Source: the human T2T-CHM13v2.0 reference genome, Homo sapiens. From it: 64,000 bases of DNA. Both the position numbers and the translations under genes were made by a program. Below are positions 13,311-24,949 of the stretch, one piece after another; position 1 is the first letter of the stretch, and the number at the start of each line of letters is the position of its first letter. The DNA lies in assembly GCF_009914755.1 (NCBI RefSeq), contig NC_060935.1. One strand, written 5' to 3'. Under the pieces are notes generated by a model. That model was given only the letters and a program-made list of their open reading frames with translations. It was not told the DNA's origin and searched no databases.

Positions 13311-15429
13311 TTCTAATTGGGAGTTAAGATGCATACAGTTGGAAAAGAAAATCAATTTAGTATCAGGAAATAGCAATCTTAGGTGCAAAATGACTGATAG
13401 ATAATTGGCGCTTTTCCAATTCAGAAGAGCTCACTTTTAATAGGCAGATTTGTACCTTTCACGGGAGATAAGGAATTGGAGATGGGTCTTGAAGGACAAG
13501 GGGAAGACCCAGAAGAGGGAGGTGCCACATTTACAGCAAACACCGTGGAAATGCCCAAGTGTCTGCCGATCTCGCGAGTGAGGGCCGTGCTTGAGGAGTG
13601 AGGGACTGGGAGGAAGGCTGACCTGAACGTTCTAACTTCAGGTTTTCCTCTGGCTCTTTTGTTTCTCGTGAAATTAACACTGTTATTCTGGGGTGATGGT
13701 GTAACTACAAGTATCTGAAAAAATTAAAATGGTGAAACCAGGAAATCAACCCTATTAAAAAATCGGTTCAATTTCTCGGATTATTTTGATGTTTGGGGTT
13801 TCAGAAAATTTAGAAATTCAGAAAGTTATATTCCATTTAAAACTCAATTACAAATAAAAATTTTAAAATTGAATTCACATTCCAATGTTGTATCTTGTTT
13901 TCTTAATTATTAGCAATGAGTGAGTTGTTTGGCTCAGATGGTTACTTTGGTTATCAAGACAAGCTTTTGTGTATCCATTTTCACAAAAATTTCAAAATCA
14001 TCAAAATAGAATTTCCCTGTCATCATCTGTTCCGATTACATATTACTTGATGATTTTTTCTCTGTTGTATGATATGTCCTTTAAATGGCACACCAGACAT
14101 TACTAATAAAGTCTTTATTATTTGGTTTATTGAAAGACTGTTACCTCTGAATTCTTTAGCCCTACTTCTGATTTTTATAGTAGTAGTAGGCCTTTTGGTG
14201 TGCTGAGTTAAGCCATGCTTTTGCTTTTTAAGATGTGCTTTATCCATTACGTTGCACTGTCTTAATGCTGAGCAGTGATATGTTTGCTTTTGACCCTTGC
14301 CTCGAACATTTAAAGAATGTGGCAAAAATCTAAGTCCCACAGAAGTGCTGACACGAAGATAAAATGCAGAGCTCAGGCTTGGACTCGCCCCAATTTTGAA
14401 GGAACCCCCTCATTGTCAGTCATCTCAGGGACCTCCTTACCTCCCTCGGCTTAGTGGAGAACACTAATTTCACTCCTTTTTCGACCTCTATTGCATTTTC
14501 ATTATTTCATTATTGCATATTTCATTATTTTGTTACATTATCCCCCTTTTGGTAATTTGTCTGTAGAATGCCTATACTGTTGTTTAATAATTAACTTGTT
14601 ATACAGATTGCTGCTTATTTGCTATAGAAAGTAGTATAAAGGGCCTTTCTAGAATTTGAAGTGATCCACAGAGCAGCAAAGCTGCCTATTGTGAAAATAC
14701 TTGGACTACATAAATTTTCTACCTTTTATTATCCAAACCACCTATTTCCTGCAGGGCATGTAATGTGCAGGAGCACATTAACAGAGGATGCAATAGACAG
14801 CCCACTAATTAGGCCATTTCTGATGAGCTGACCTGAGATGCACTTGATGTATAGGCAGAGCAAATACCAGTATTCCCTTGAACCAAATAGATCCTGGCAC
14901 TATAACCCTGTGGGACTGTCACAGGACTGGCCATACTCATAAAAAGATTAGGGCTCAATACTTTTTTTTAAGACCCTCTTTCACTAAGAATTATTTTAAT
15001 TCTTTGCTGACTGAATTTGTATCACAGGGAACTCTTTCATGTTCATCTCTCCAGGCACTCTTTTAAAATGCAGTGATTTGTGGCTTTAAAGAACCTCATA
15101 GTGCCATCTAGTTTGTCTTTCCTCCAGTGGTGAAAGAGAATGGCTGAGTCAGAGCATTGGACACTTCTGGGAGGAAAATGGAGGAATTATTTCCAGTTTT
15201 GCATCAAGCTGGTCATAAATGGATATGCTGATGAGGCACATTAACTTTGATATCCAGGCTGTCTTCTTAAAGAGTAATCCAGGCCGTTGGAAGTTGAGCA
15301 GTTTGTTCTCTTTCAGAACACATCATGTGCTTGGGGTATAATGTAATATTTCTGTGATTTTTTTATTTATTTATTTTGCTGATTAGATATAGTGAATGTG
15401 AGAATTTAAAAGGGAGTAGTTTTTAGAAA

Positions 15430-15600
15430 GTTAACGTGTATTGAGCACTACTGTGTGTTCTCATTTATCTAAGTTCATTTAATTCTCACAATTTTAAGTA
15501 AATTATATAATCCCTGTCTTTACAAATAAGACAACTGAGGGTTAGAAGTGTTAACTAAAGGTCTGACTGTGTTGATGTCAAACCAGTGCTCTTTCCACAG
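15430..15600 (-). mobile_element. MIR
   Basis: TATTGAGCACTACTGTGTG...TTTACAAATAAGACAACTGAGG. Confidence 0.65.
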
Positions 15601-15644
15601 TTCCTGGCATTTAAATGTTGACTGAGTCAACTCTAATTGCTTTC

Positions 15645-15870
15645 AAAAGCTTGCCTTTGGGGCTGGATTCAGTATCATTCATATCTGAGTTTGAATCCCA
15701 TGGGTGTAATCTTGGTCCAGGCATTTAACCTCTCTTAACCTCATTGCAGAATGAGACTAATGCACTCCACACTGAGGGTTGCCATGAATATAAATGACAT
15801 AATCTATGTAAGGTATTTAGCGCAGTGCCACACTCTGAGGAAGCCCTGGATTCATGGTTGCTGCTACTAA
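15645..15870 (+). mobile_element. MIR
   Basis: CTGAGTTTGAATCCC...ATTTAACCTCTCT...ATGTAAGGTATTTAGCGCAGTGCC. Confidence 0.65.
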
Positions 15871-16339
15871 TAGATGGACTTTTTATTTTGTTTTAATCAT
15901 ATATCCAATAATTGGGTCATCTTGGAACAGATAATATCTCAAAATGCTTTGAGGAGAATGTTTTGCTTTTTCTTCTGTTTTTAGCATATCAAGTGATTTC
16001 CTCAACTTTCAGAAATTAGCTTTGTTTTTATGGTCTATGTCTTGAGTATGTACTTAATACTGCAATAATGTTTGCTTTCTTAAGGCTATCTGTATCTTTG
16101 ATACAGATTTTTAAATGGAGGAAATTTATTTGATGTCTTAACTAATCTGTAATTTAACATCTCAGGTTCTATTTTATGCATGATCTCTAGATCACAACTT
16201 AATGCAACAGATATTAGAAGCAGTACCTGGTGTCCAGATAGCTGTTAGCTTGCACACTGCTACCTAAAGATAACCTGACTTTCAGTAGAGGTAGTTTGGT
16301 GTGGCAGGACAAGCACACACTGGAGCGAGACATACCTGT

Positions 16340-16470
16340 GGTGCCTCTCAGTGTCCTCAAATTGTGGATGATACAGCTGTAACTTCCTAGAATGATTGTG
16401 AAGATTGGATGACCCAGTGTGAACAAAGTACCTTGCATGTGCCTGGTGCGTGGTAGGACCTAGCTACTGA
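16340..16470 (+). mobile_element. MIR fragment
   Basis: CTCAGTGTCCTC...GATTGTGAAGATT...GTGCCTGGTGCGTGGTAGG. Confidence 0.55.
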
Positions 16471-16630
16471 TGGGAAGGTACTTACTAATTATACAGATAT
16501 CTTGATGTTGCCATGGTTTCCTTCATTCTTGAATAATATCACTTTACCAACTCTCTGTTAATTTTGTCCTATTTTAAATGTTTGATTTCATACTGAGTCT
16601 AAAGTAAATCTTTGGATTTCTTCTCACCAG

Positions 16631-16808
16631 TGATACCAAGAAGAAGCAGGGGATGAAGAAGAGGAGCAACAGTGAAGTGGAAGACGTGGGACCAACAAGT
16701 CATAACAGAAAGAAGGCCAGGTGGGACACTTTAGAGCCTTTGGATACCGGCCTGTCTTTAGCAGAGGATGAAGAGCTGGTGTTACATCTGCTAAGAAGTC
16801 AAAGCTAA
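16631..16808 (+). CDS. DDX10: Terminal coding exon of DEAD-box RNA helicase DDX10 (Dbp4 homologue, 40S biogenesis)
   Basis: After the acceptor, one base completes a split codon, then 16632-16808 reads DTKKKQGMKKRSNSEVEDVGPTSHNRKKARWDTLEPLDTGLSLAEDEELVLHLLRSQS-TAA. I recognise this as the C-terminus of human DDX10. Absent from the ORF track because it is under 60 aa and has no start codon. Confidence 0.92.
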
Positions 16809-17307
16809 ATACTTCCTGCGCCTGCCTTCTCCTTGAAACCTTGGTTATGACTGCGTAGGCAAGAAGTTGAAAAACAGTTGATTTGGGGGCACTTAGGTAC
16901 CATATGCCCCATTCCCAAAGGGCACATTTCTGGATAGAAGCGATCGTATCTCCAAGTCCCTCTCACAGGACATGCTTTGTGCCATCACTGAGCATACTCA
17001 GATCGAGGGTGGATGATACCATTTCCTGACCCCGTTTTCCAGCATGTGTTCTGTTAGATTTTTATCCATGGGTTCCTACGCCTTGTCATTGGAAACACTG
17101 CCTTTGTCTTACTGGCAAGTTCTGGAGCTCTTGTGTCATTGTTAGAAATCCCTGTCTTGCTTACTGTACAGAAGTTTCTGTTGCTGTTAAAATTGCTCAT
17201 GATTTCGACGTATTTAATATTTTCAAAGAGACTATGATGGACCAGCCCTGAGAAAGAATGAGTATTTTTGAATTGAGATGATCAATAATAAACATATTTC
17301 CTATAAA
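16809..17307 (+). other. DDX10: DDX10 3' UTR (3' end approximate)
   Basis: Repeat-free ~500 bp between the TAA and the AATAAA/cleavage region. Confidence 0.8.
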
Positions 17308-17335
17308 AGAAAGTATTAATGTTTGCATTGTGTCC
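17287..17335 (+). terminator. DDX10: Polyadenylation signal AATAAA with downstream GU/U-rich element
   Basis: AATAAA at 17287-17292, plausible cleavage near 17303-17308, and TGTTTGCATTGTGT at ~17320-17333. Confidence 0.8.
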
Positions 17336-18044
17336 AGTAACATAAGAGACCTCTCACAGGAAGGTTCTTAAGATTAAAGTGCTTGGCCATTTCCTCAAAC
17401 TGTGAATTTGTCATATTCTTAAGTTAGCCTGTTCTCAAGGATATCATTTAACTTAACACTTGCAGGTTTGCTAGCAATTGTTTATAAAATCGGTAGAAGT
17501 TCTGAATATGAAGACTGACTAAAACATGGCCTCTCACTGTGCACATGGTAGCTGCAGGTCCTCTGCAAGTGCTCCAGTCAGCACCTACCACAGAGCCCCA
17601 CCCAGACTCAGCTCCTGGTAATGAGTACGATGCAAAACAAGACAGAGCCTCTTTTTTGTTACAAATAACTCAGATTCTTCAAGGGGAAAGAATATGGTAA
17701 AGAAATGAGTCTTGACGTGAAACTGATTTTATAGATTTGCCACCTTCTCATGATTCTGTCCCTTTCCTATTTTCCCACTCCGTGCACAAACATTTTCAGT
17801 AACAGGGGCAAATAAATTATAAATACAAGGAAGAGGAATGATGGCATTACACCTGGGTATCTCAAACCTTTTCAACTCAGCCTAAGTCCATGTTTGTCTC
17901 AGAAAAGTTTCTCCTCTTTTATTTGATATCCTCGTGAGCCCGCACCAACATCATTTCACCATCAAAAGGAAATCAGGTGACACCTCAGCTTCTCGCTCTT
18001 CCCACTCTTTTCTTTACTAGTTCTTTTGATGCCTCTTCTGTAAC

Positions 18045-18350
<306 letters not shown>

Positions 18351-18479
18351 ACAACGTCCTTATCCGTTGTTTCTTCCCTATTCTCACAGCTGCTGCCTTT
18401 AGTCAGAGTTCATTCTCCCATCATGATCTGCTGAGACCCCTGCAAGATCTGCCTGGCCACTGTCCCTCTGCTCTCACAT

Positions 18480-18725
18480 TTCTCCTACCCAGCTTTCCCC
18501 TGGTGCTCAGAATTCTCTTCACAGCACATGGATCTCAGCACACTTCTCTCCAGCTGTTCCTTCTATTATATTACAGTGCCTATCATACAATGTTACAGAC
18601 ATTTGTTTATATGTCTGTTGCCTCTTTTATATGACAAGTTTCTTGAAAGAGCAAAAGGGCCATGTTTCATCCCCAGAGCCAAACACGGCAACTGTCCTAT
18701 GGTTGCTTAGTGAATTAATGAGGAG
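18480..18725 (+). mobile_element. L2 3' fragment
   Basis: TTTGTTTATATGTCTG...TTCTTGAAAGAGC...ATCCCCAGAGCC. Confidence 0.5.
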
Positions 18726-18821
18726 ACATTATAAAACCAGCTCAATTTTTAAAGATCTCTTGTAGCACATTCCCCTACCACTTCTCATAGGAAGGATATA
18801 GAATGATAGAAATGAGAACTA

Positions 18822-19215
<394 letters not shown>

Positions 19216-19599
19216 GTTTCTGATACAGGATCTCTTGGCCTTAAATATTTTCAAAAGACGTAAAGTTGCAAGAGTATGTAAACTGAAGGTTTACCATTGA
19301 ATTTACCCTGTATGGTTTCAGATTGTTTTCCTGACTCAAGTAAGGAATTAAGGCAGTTTACTCCCTATATATAAATATTGAATACACATATTGCAAGGCC
19401 TTTGGTTCATAGACTAGTTTGAGTTGTATTCTGTCGCTGGAACTGAATGCATCCTGACTAATATATATGTTGTAGGGGATTTTAGTGTGCAGATTTTTGA
19501 AAACTAATTCTAAAGATCAGAATAGTGCTAATAGAAAACTTGGGTAACAAATATGTTTGTAAGTGGGCTAAATTAGCTACTGTTTTGGCTCCTGTCATT

Positions 19600-20045
19600 T
19601 GTACCATGTGTGTATGTTTAGTGGTAATAGACCCTGTTTTCTCTGACATCAGGGGTGGGTACCTGGTTAAAATCTTGCCAGCCATCAGAACCCGACTCCT
19701 AGAGACAGAGATTGGCGCAGCCGTAATACCCAGGTGGGGACAATTAGACTCCTTCCCTGGAAGTGATAAGAAATTCTGTACCCATGGGAAGTTACTATGA
19801 AGGGAGGATGTAGACGTAAGGCCTCGGGCTGCCTCTGAGAGAGTGGGGAGAATAAGACCAACACAGAGGCGAGCAGAGTAACGAGATGAAGAAAAAGCCC
19901 CGGATGACATTGTTTGAGCTCCTGGGCTTCACCTGAATGTATTTCGTGGACTTCACAGTTGTGTCATGAATAAGTACATTTCTTTTTTGCATAAAATATT
20001 TTATGTTGTATTTCTGTCCCTGGAACTGAATGGATCCTAACATAT
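19600..20045 (+). mobile_element. Old MLT1 (MaLR) LTR
   Basis: GATGACATTGTTTGAGCTCCTGG...GGACTTCACAGTT...TTCTGTCCCTGGAACTGAA. Confidence 0.6.
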
Positions 20046-20129
20046 GTGTCTGAGGGACTTTTACTTTGCCAATTTTGAAAACTAGTTAAAGCATCAGAAT
20101 AGCACTGGTAGAAAACTCATGCAACAATG

Positions 20130-20483
20130 CATGATGGATTGTATTTTGCACAGCAAATACTCACTCCAGCCCCCTCCCTCCCTCGGGAAACATTCTTAAT
20201 AGCTCACCAATATTGGGCTTGGTCGTGTGACCTGCTTTTAGTCCATAGAACACAGCAGAAGTGACTGTGGGCTTGTCACATGCAGAGCTCTGAAGCTGCA
20301 TTGATGTTTCCATCAGTCCTGCCTTATACCTTCAGATCAGCATGAACCGGAGAGAAGACACTCCTCGGTCTGGGCCCAAGGTGAGAAGGCAGGTGAAGCA
20401 GACTTACAGCCACCTCTCAAACCTGCAGAACAAGAAATCCACTGAGACTTGGGGGTTTATTACAGTAAAGCCTGACTAATACA
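20130..20483 (+). mobile_element. MLT1I-like LTR
   Basis: TTGGGCTTGGTCGTGTGACCTGCTTT...GCAGAAGTGAC..., ending CTGACTAATACA. Confidence 0.65.
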
Positions 20484-20519
20484 CGAGGTGGGAGAAACAC
20501 ATTACCAGTGAGCAAGAGC

Positions 20520-20740
20520 AGTCATTCATTCGACAAATGTTAATAAATTCAGCAACTCCCATATACCAGGCCCTGTGCTTCTGAGAGATACAGTTCCCTC
20601 CCTTGCTACTGTGTAGTGGGGGGAAAGAGAGAAGCAATTTCATAATTTGAGTGCACCTTGAAAAGAGCAGACGGAAAGAGGAAGATTGTTTGAGTGAGGG
20701 AATTCTTGCTGGAATGCAGGAAGGAGGGAGGACATAGGTA
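20520..20740 (-). mobile_element. L2 3' fragment
   Basis: TCATTCATTCGACAAATGTT...ATACCAGGCCCTGTGCT. Confidence 0.6.
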
Positions 20741-22411
20741 GTTGCTTGGTCTAGGACCCAGACAATATTTCTTGTTTGATGCTTAATGAAGGCTAAGGGG
20801 CCATTCATCAGACTCATGTAAAATGATCCCTAAAATTACATAAGTCTCTGATGGATTCACCCAGCGGCAGAACCCTTTGGAGGACTGCCATCTCATAAGC
20901 TTAACGTGGCATTTTAGATTTGTTTGGGGCTGTAAAAAATTGTTAAGTTTAATTAAATGTAATTAATTTTGTTACACAACATTTGAAATATGCTGAACAT
21001 GAAAAGTCACCTCAACTGCCAGAGGCTGCAGGTGTTCGTAGGAAGTGGGGGGAAGGAGGGAGGATGGGAGGTGGTGGTGTAGGTGAAGGGGAAAGAGCCT
21101 GCAACCCAGATTTCAAACCCTGTTTCATGTCTTTTAAGACCACTTTAACTAGACATGTAATCACAGTGTGATTTTCTTCCACAGCCCCTGCTGATCCGAC
21201 AGCCCAGGGCAGACGTGTTTTATACCATATTACCTAGTGCCCGCTGACTCTGAAATTCTAACCCATTAGCCTGTGAGGGAGGCTGGTGCTTTCAAAAGCT
21301 CTGCCCAAACAGGGATGAATTGAGTGAATAACTTTTTTACTCTATGAAACTGAAATTAAGGTAGTGAGCAAAATTGGAAGGTTATGAGACAGACCAGGGA
21401 GCACATGATAGGCAAAAAGAGCTCAAATTAGAAGTTAGTTAAAACTATAGGTGAAAAAGAACTGGCAAAAAGACAAGAGTAAGTAGTGAGGGACCCCACT
21501 GGTCATAGGACCAGAAGCAATGCACAGAGTAGTGAATCCTGGTCAGGGCTGTCTGGGGAAGACTCCCAGATCCAAGCTGACCCCCTGGTTCTTGTCTCCA
21601 TGAGGCTTCACCTTTTCATGGGTCTTCTTGGATTCCTGTATAAGTTTGTCTCCTCTGCCTGAGGCGTAAGACCCCGTTGTCCTGCCTGAGCTAGGCTTAG
21701 TGAGTCTTTGGGTTTTTTGTACCCTGAAGAGCTTCAGTAAAACTCAGAATACTCCAATGCAGTGCTTCTTAGATTTTAGTGTGTATAGGAATCACCAGAC
21801 TTAGCAGGTGTGTTTGTGAACCACCCTGTGTTGCTGACTTCTCTAGGAAGCACTTCCTTTGGTCTCCAGGCCATACCCCACATCGTTGTGATGGGGCTTT
21901 CACTGAAGCAAGCCTCATGGCCAGCACCAGCAATCTGTTCTTTCTCAATGTGATTGATGATCTTTATCACTGGAATGCTGAAAGTCTTCCAGTGCTCCTC
22001 CTTGGAGAGCCTACCTGTGACGTTAGATGTTTTCTCTAGCACAAAGAGTCCTTGGAGCATTTCTGAGTGTCACACCTTCAGGTTGCAGCGGGAAGATGGA
22101 TGCTGGCAGCTCTCCCATCTCTTTTAAAGTGTTTTAATTAAATTCTTGTTCCTGTCACTCCATGGAAACAGCTCTTGTCAACTCACTACCAGCTTCCATC
22201 TTGCTAGATCCAAAAACAGTTCTTGGGGCTCATCCTAATCAACCTTCCAGTAAAAGTGATGTTCCTACCTTCTCGAAATGCTTTTTCACTTAGCTTTCAG
22301 AGAACTAACTCTCTCTCTCTCTGTCTCTCTCTCTGTCCTTACTGACTACTACTTTTCACTCTCCTTTTCTGATTGCTCCTCACGTTCTTGACTTCTAAAC
22401 ATTAGGGGCCT

Positions 22412-23614
22412 TCGGGTTGGTGCAGAAGTAATTGCAGTTTCAGACCATGAATGTTACATCATTATAACTAGGATCAAACACATCTTTATTAATCAAAATA
22501 GGAACAATTACAGTCAACGTATTTTTGCCAGTGAGAAATAAGTTTGTTTTTTCCTATAGCATAAAAATCCGTGCTTAAGGCTTCAATGAACTTTTCGAAA
22601 GCATTTTCTGCATCCTGCTGGTTGTGAAAAGGTTTTCCCTGCAAAAAGCTTTGATATGCTTGAAGAAGTGGTGGTCGGTTGGTGAGACGTCAGGTGAATG
22701 TGGCGGATGAGGCAAAACTTTGTAGCCCAATTCGTTCAAGTTTTGAAGCGTTGGTTGTGCAATGTGCTGTCTGGTGTTGTGGAGAATTGGGCCCTTTCTG
22801 TTGACCAATGCCGGCTGCAAGCATTGCAGTTTTTGGTGTATCTCATCAATTTGTTGAGCATACTTACTTCTCAGATGTAATGATTTTGCCGGGATTCAGA
22901 AAGCTGTAGTGGATCAGACTGGCAGCAGACCACCAAATGGTCACCAGGACCTTTTTTGGTGCAAGTTTGGCTTTGGGAAGTGCTTTAGAGCTTCTTCTCC
23001 ATCCAGCCACTGAGCTGGTTGTCACCGGTTGTCATATAAAATCCACTTTTTGTCGCATGTCACAATCTGATTGAGAAATGGTTTATTGTTGGTGTGTAGA
23101 ATAAGAGAAGATGCGATTTTTTTTTTTTAAATTTAGAATGGTCAGTGTTGAGCTTTTAATTTGGAATGATCAGTGTTGAGTTCTTCGGCAACTTCTCATG
23201 TAAGAGGATCAGCTTCGATGATTGCTCTCAATGGGTCATTGTCAACTTCCGATGGCTGGCCACTATGCTCCTCATCTTCAAGGCTCTCATCTGCTTTGTA
23301 AAACTTCTTGAACCACCATTGCACGGTATGTTTGTTAGCAGTTCCTGGGCCAAACGCGTTGTTGTTGTTGCAAGTTGTCTCCACTCCTTTATGACCCATT
23401 TTGAATTAGAATAAGAAAATCACTCGCATTTGCCTTTTGTCTATCATCATTTCCATAGTCTAAAATAAACATAAACAGCAAGACATAAGTCCTTAGCAAA
23501 AAAAAAAGCAAGAAATGCCCATTAAAATGATGTATAACATAACCACATTTATTTCAATAGCAAACGGCAAATTCCAACAATGCAAAAGCCACAATTCCTT
23601 TTGCACCAACCTCA
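22412..23614 (-). mobile_element. Near-full-length HSMAR1 mariner transposon, both TIRs present
   Basis: TIRs GGTTGGTGCAGAAGTAATTGCAG and CCACAATTCCTTTTGCACCAACCT, with TA at 23615-23616. ORF-track peptides FGPGTANKHTVQWWFKKF...DPLT and QPALVNRKGPIL...LPHPPHSPDVSPTDHHFF match Hsmar1 transposase. Confidence 0.95.
22489..23456 (-). pseudogene. Disrupted Hsmar1 transposase
   Basis: ATG (MEMM..) at 23456 through SYFD-stop at 22489, with internal stops, frameshifts and a deletion. Confidence 0.88.
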
Positions 23615-24233
23615 TACATTCCCTCCCTGAGTGATCTCATCTAGTCTCATGGCATAAAATTGCATCTATACACTGATTACTCTCAAACTTCCGTCTGTAG
23701 ATCAACATCTTTGCTTTCCAGACTCATATTCAACTATATTCAATATCTCTACCTGGATGTTTAGTGGGCATCTCATACTTAATATGTCCCAAAATGAAGT
23801 CCTAATTTCACCCCCCAATCTTCCCCTCCTTTTTCTTTTCCATCTCAGTAAATATCTCCATTGTTTTGGGGAACAAATGGACTCCTTTTTCTTTTCCATC
23901 TCAGTAAATTTCATCTCCATTGTTTTGGTTTGTCAGGCCAAAAACTTGAAGACATTCTTGACTTGTCTCTTCCATCTTCCATCCAATTTATTAGCAAATC
24001 CTGCCAGTTCTTCTTTTGAAATATATTCAAAAGCCAACTTTTGGACACCATTTCCATGACAGTTTCTACTCTGTTCCATGCCATGATTCCCTTCTTTTGC
24101 AATAACCTCTTAACTGGTCTTCCTGCTTCTACCCTTTCCCTCACACAGCAGTCAGAATTATCCTTTTAAATCATAAACTGGATCGTGTGATGACTCTGCT
24201 AAAAACGAATGGCTTCTTATCTCACTTCAAACA

Positions 24234-24949
24234 CAGTAGTCCCTCTTTATCTGCAGTTTTGCTTTCCAAGGTTTTGCTTACCTGCAGTCAACTGTGGTCT
24301 GAAAATATTAAATGGAAAATTTCAGAAATAAGAAATTCAGAAGTTTTAAATGTGTACCATTTTGAGTAGTGTGATGAAATCTAGCCCCTTCCTGCCCCAT
24401 CCTGTCTGTGATGTGAATCATTCCTTGTCTAGCGGATCCTCACTTACTGCACTATTCACCCATTAGTCACCCATCTCGGTTATCAAATCTACTGTCAAGA
24501 TACCACAGTACTTGTGTTCAAGTCACCTTATTTTACTGTATAATGGCCCCAGAGCAGAAGAGTTGTGATGCTGGCAATTCAGATATGCCAAAGAGAAGCC
24601 ACCTTTAAGTGAAAAAGTGAAAGCTCTTGTCTTAATAAGGAAGGAGAAAAAAACAGTATGCTAAGTTTGCTAAGATGTACAGTAACACTGAGTCTTCTAT
24701 CTGTGAAACCGTGAAGAAGGAAAAAGAAATGTGTGCTAGTTTTGGTGTCACACTTCAAACCACACAAGTTACAGCCAAAGTGTGTAATATGCGCTTAGTT
24801 AAGATGGAAAAGGCGTTAAACTTATGGGTGGAGGACATGAACAGACATGTCCTCCAATTGACAGCAATTGAGTTCATTACTATCTGTGGTTTCAGGCATC
24901 CACTGGGGGTCTTGGAACATATACACCTATGGATATGTGGGGACTATTG
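24234..24949 (+). mobile_element. MER44B/C/D (Tigger7 deletion derivative)
   Basis: TIRs CAGTAGTCCC...GGGACTATTG followed by TA. Peptide LVKMEKALNLWVEDMNR is Tigger/CENP-B HTH-like. Confidence 0.88.

Noticed and set aside
21047-21091. G-rich tract as a G-quadruplex
   Set aside because: Only three closely spaced G3+ runs, with the fourth 19 nt away. Weak candidate.
22575-23399. SETMAR-like transposase peptides as a functional gene
   Set aside because: Bounded by TIRs, no SET-domain exons, and broken by stops, frameshifts and a deletion. It is a dead HSMAR1 copy.
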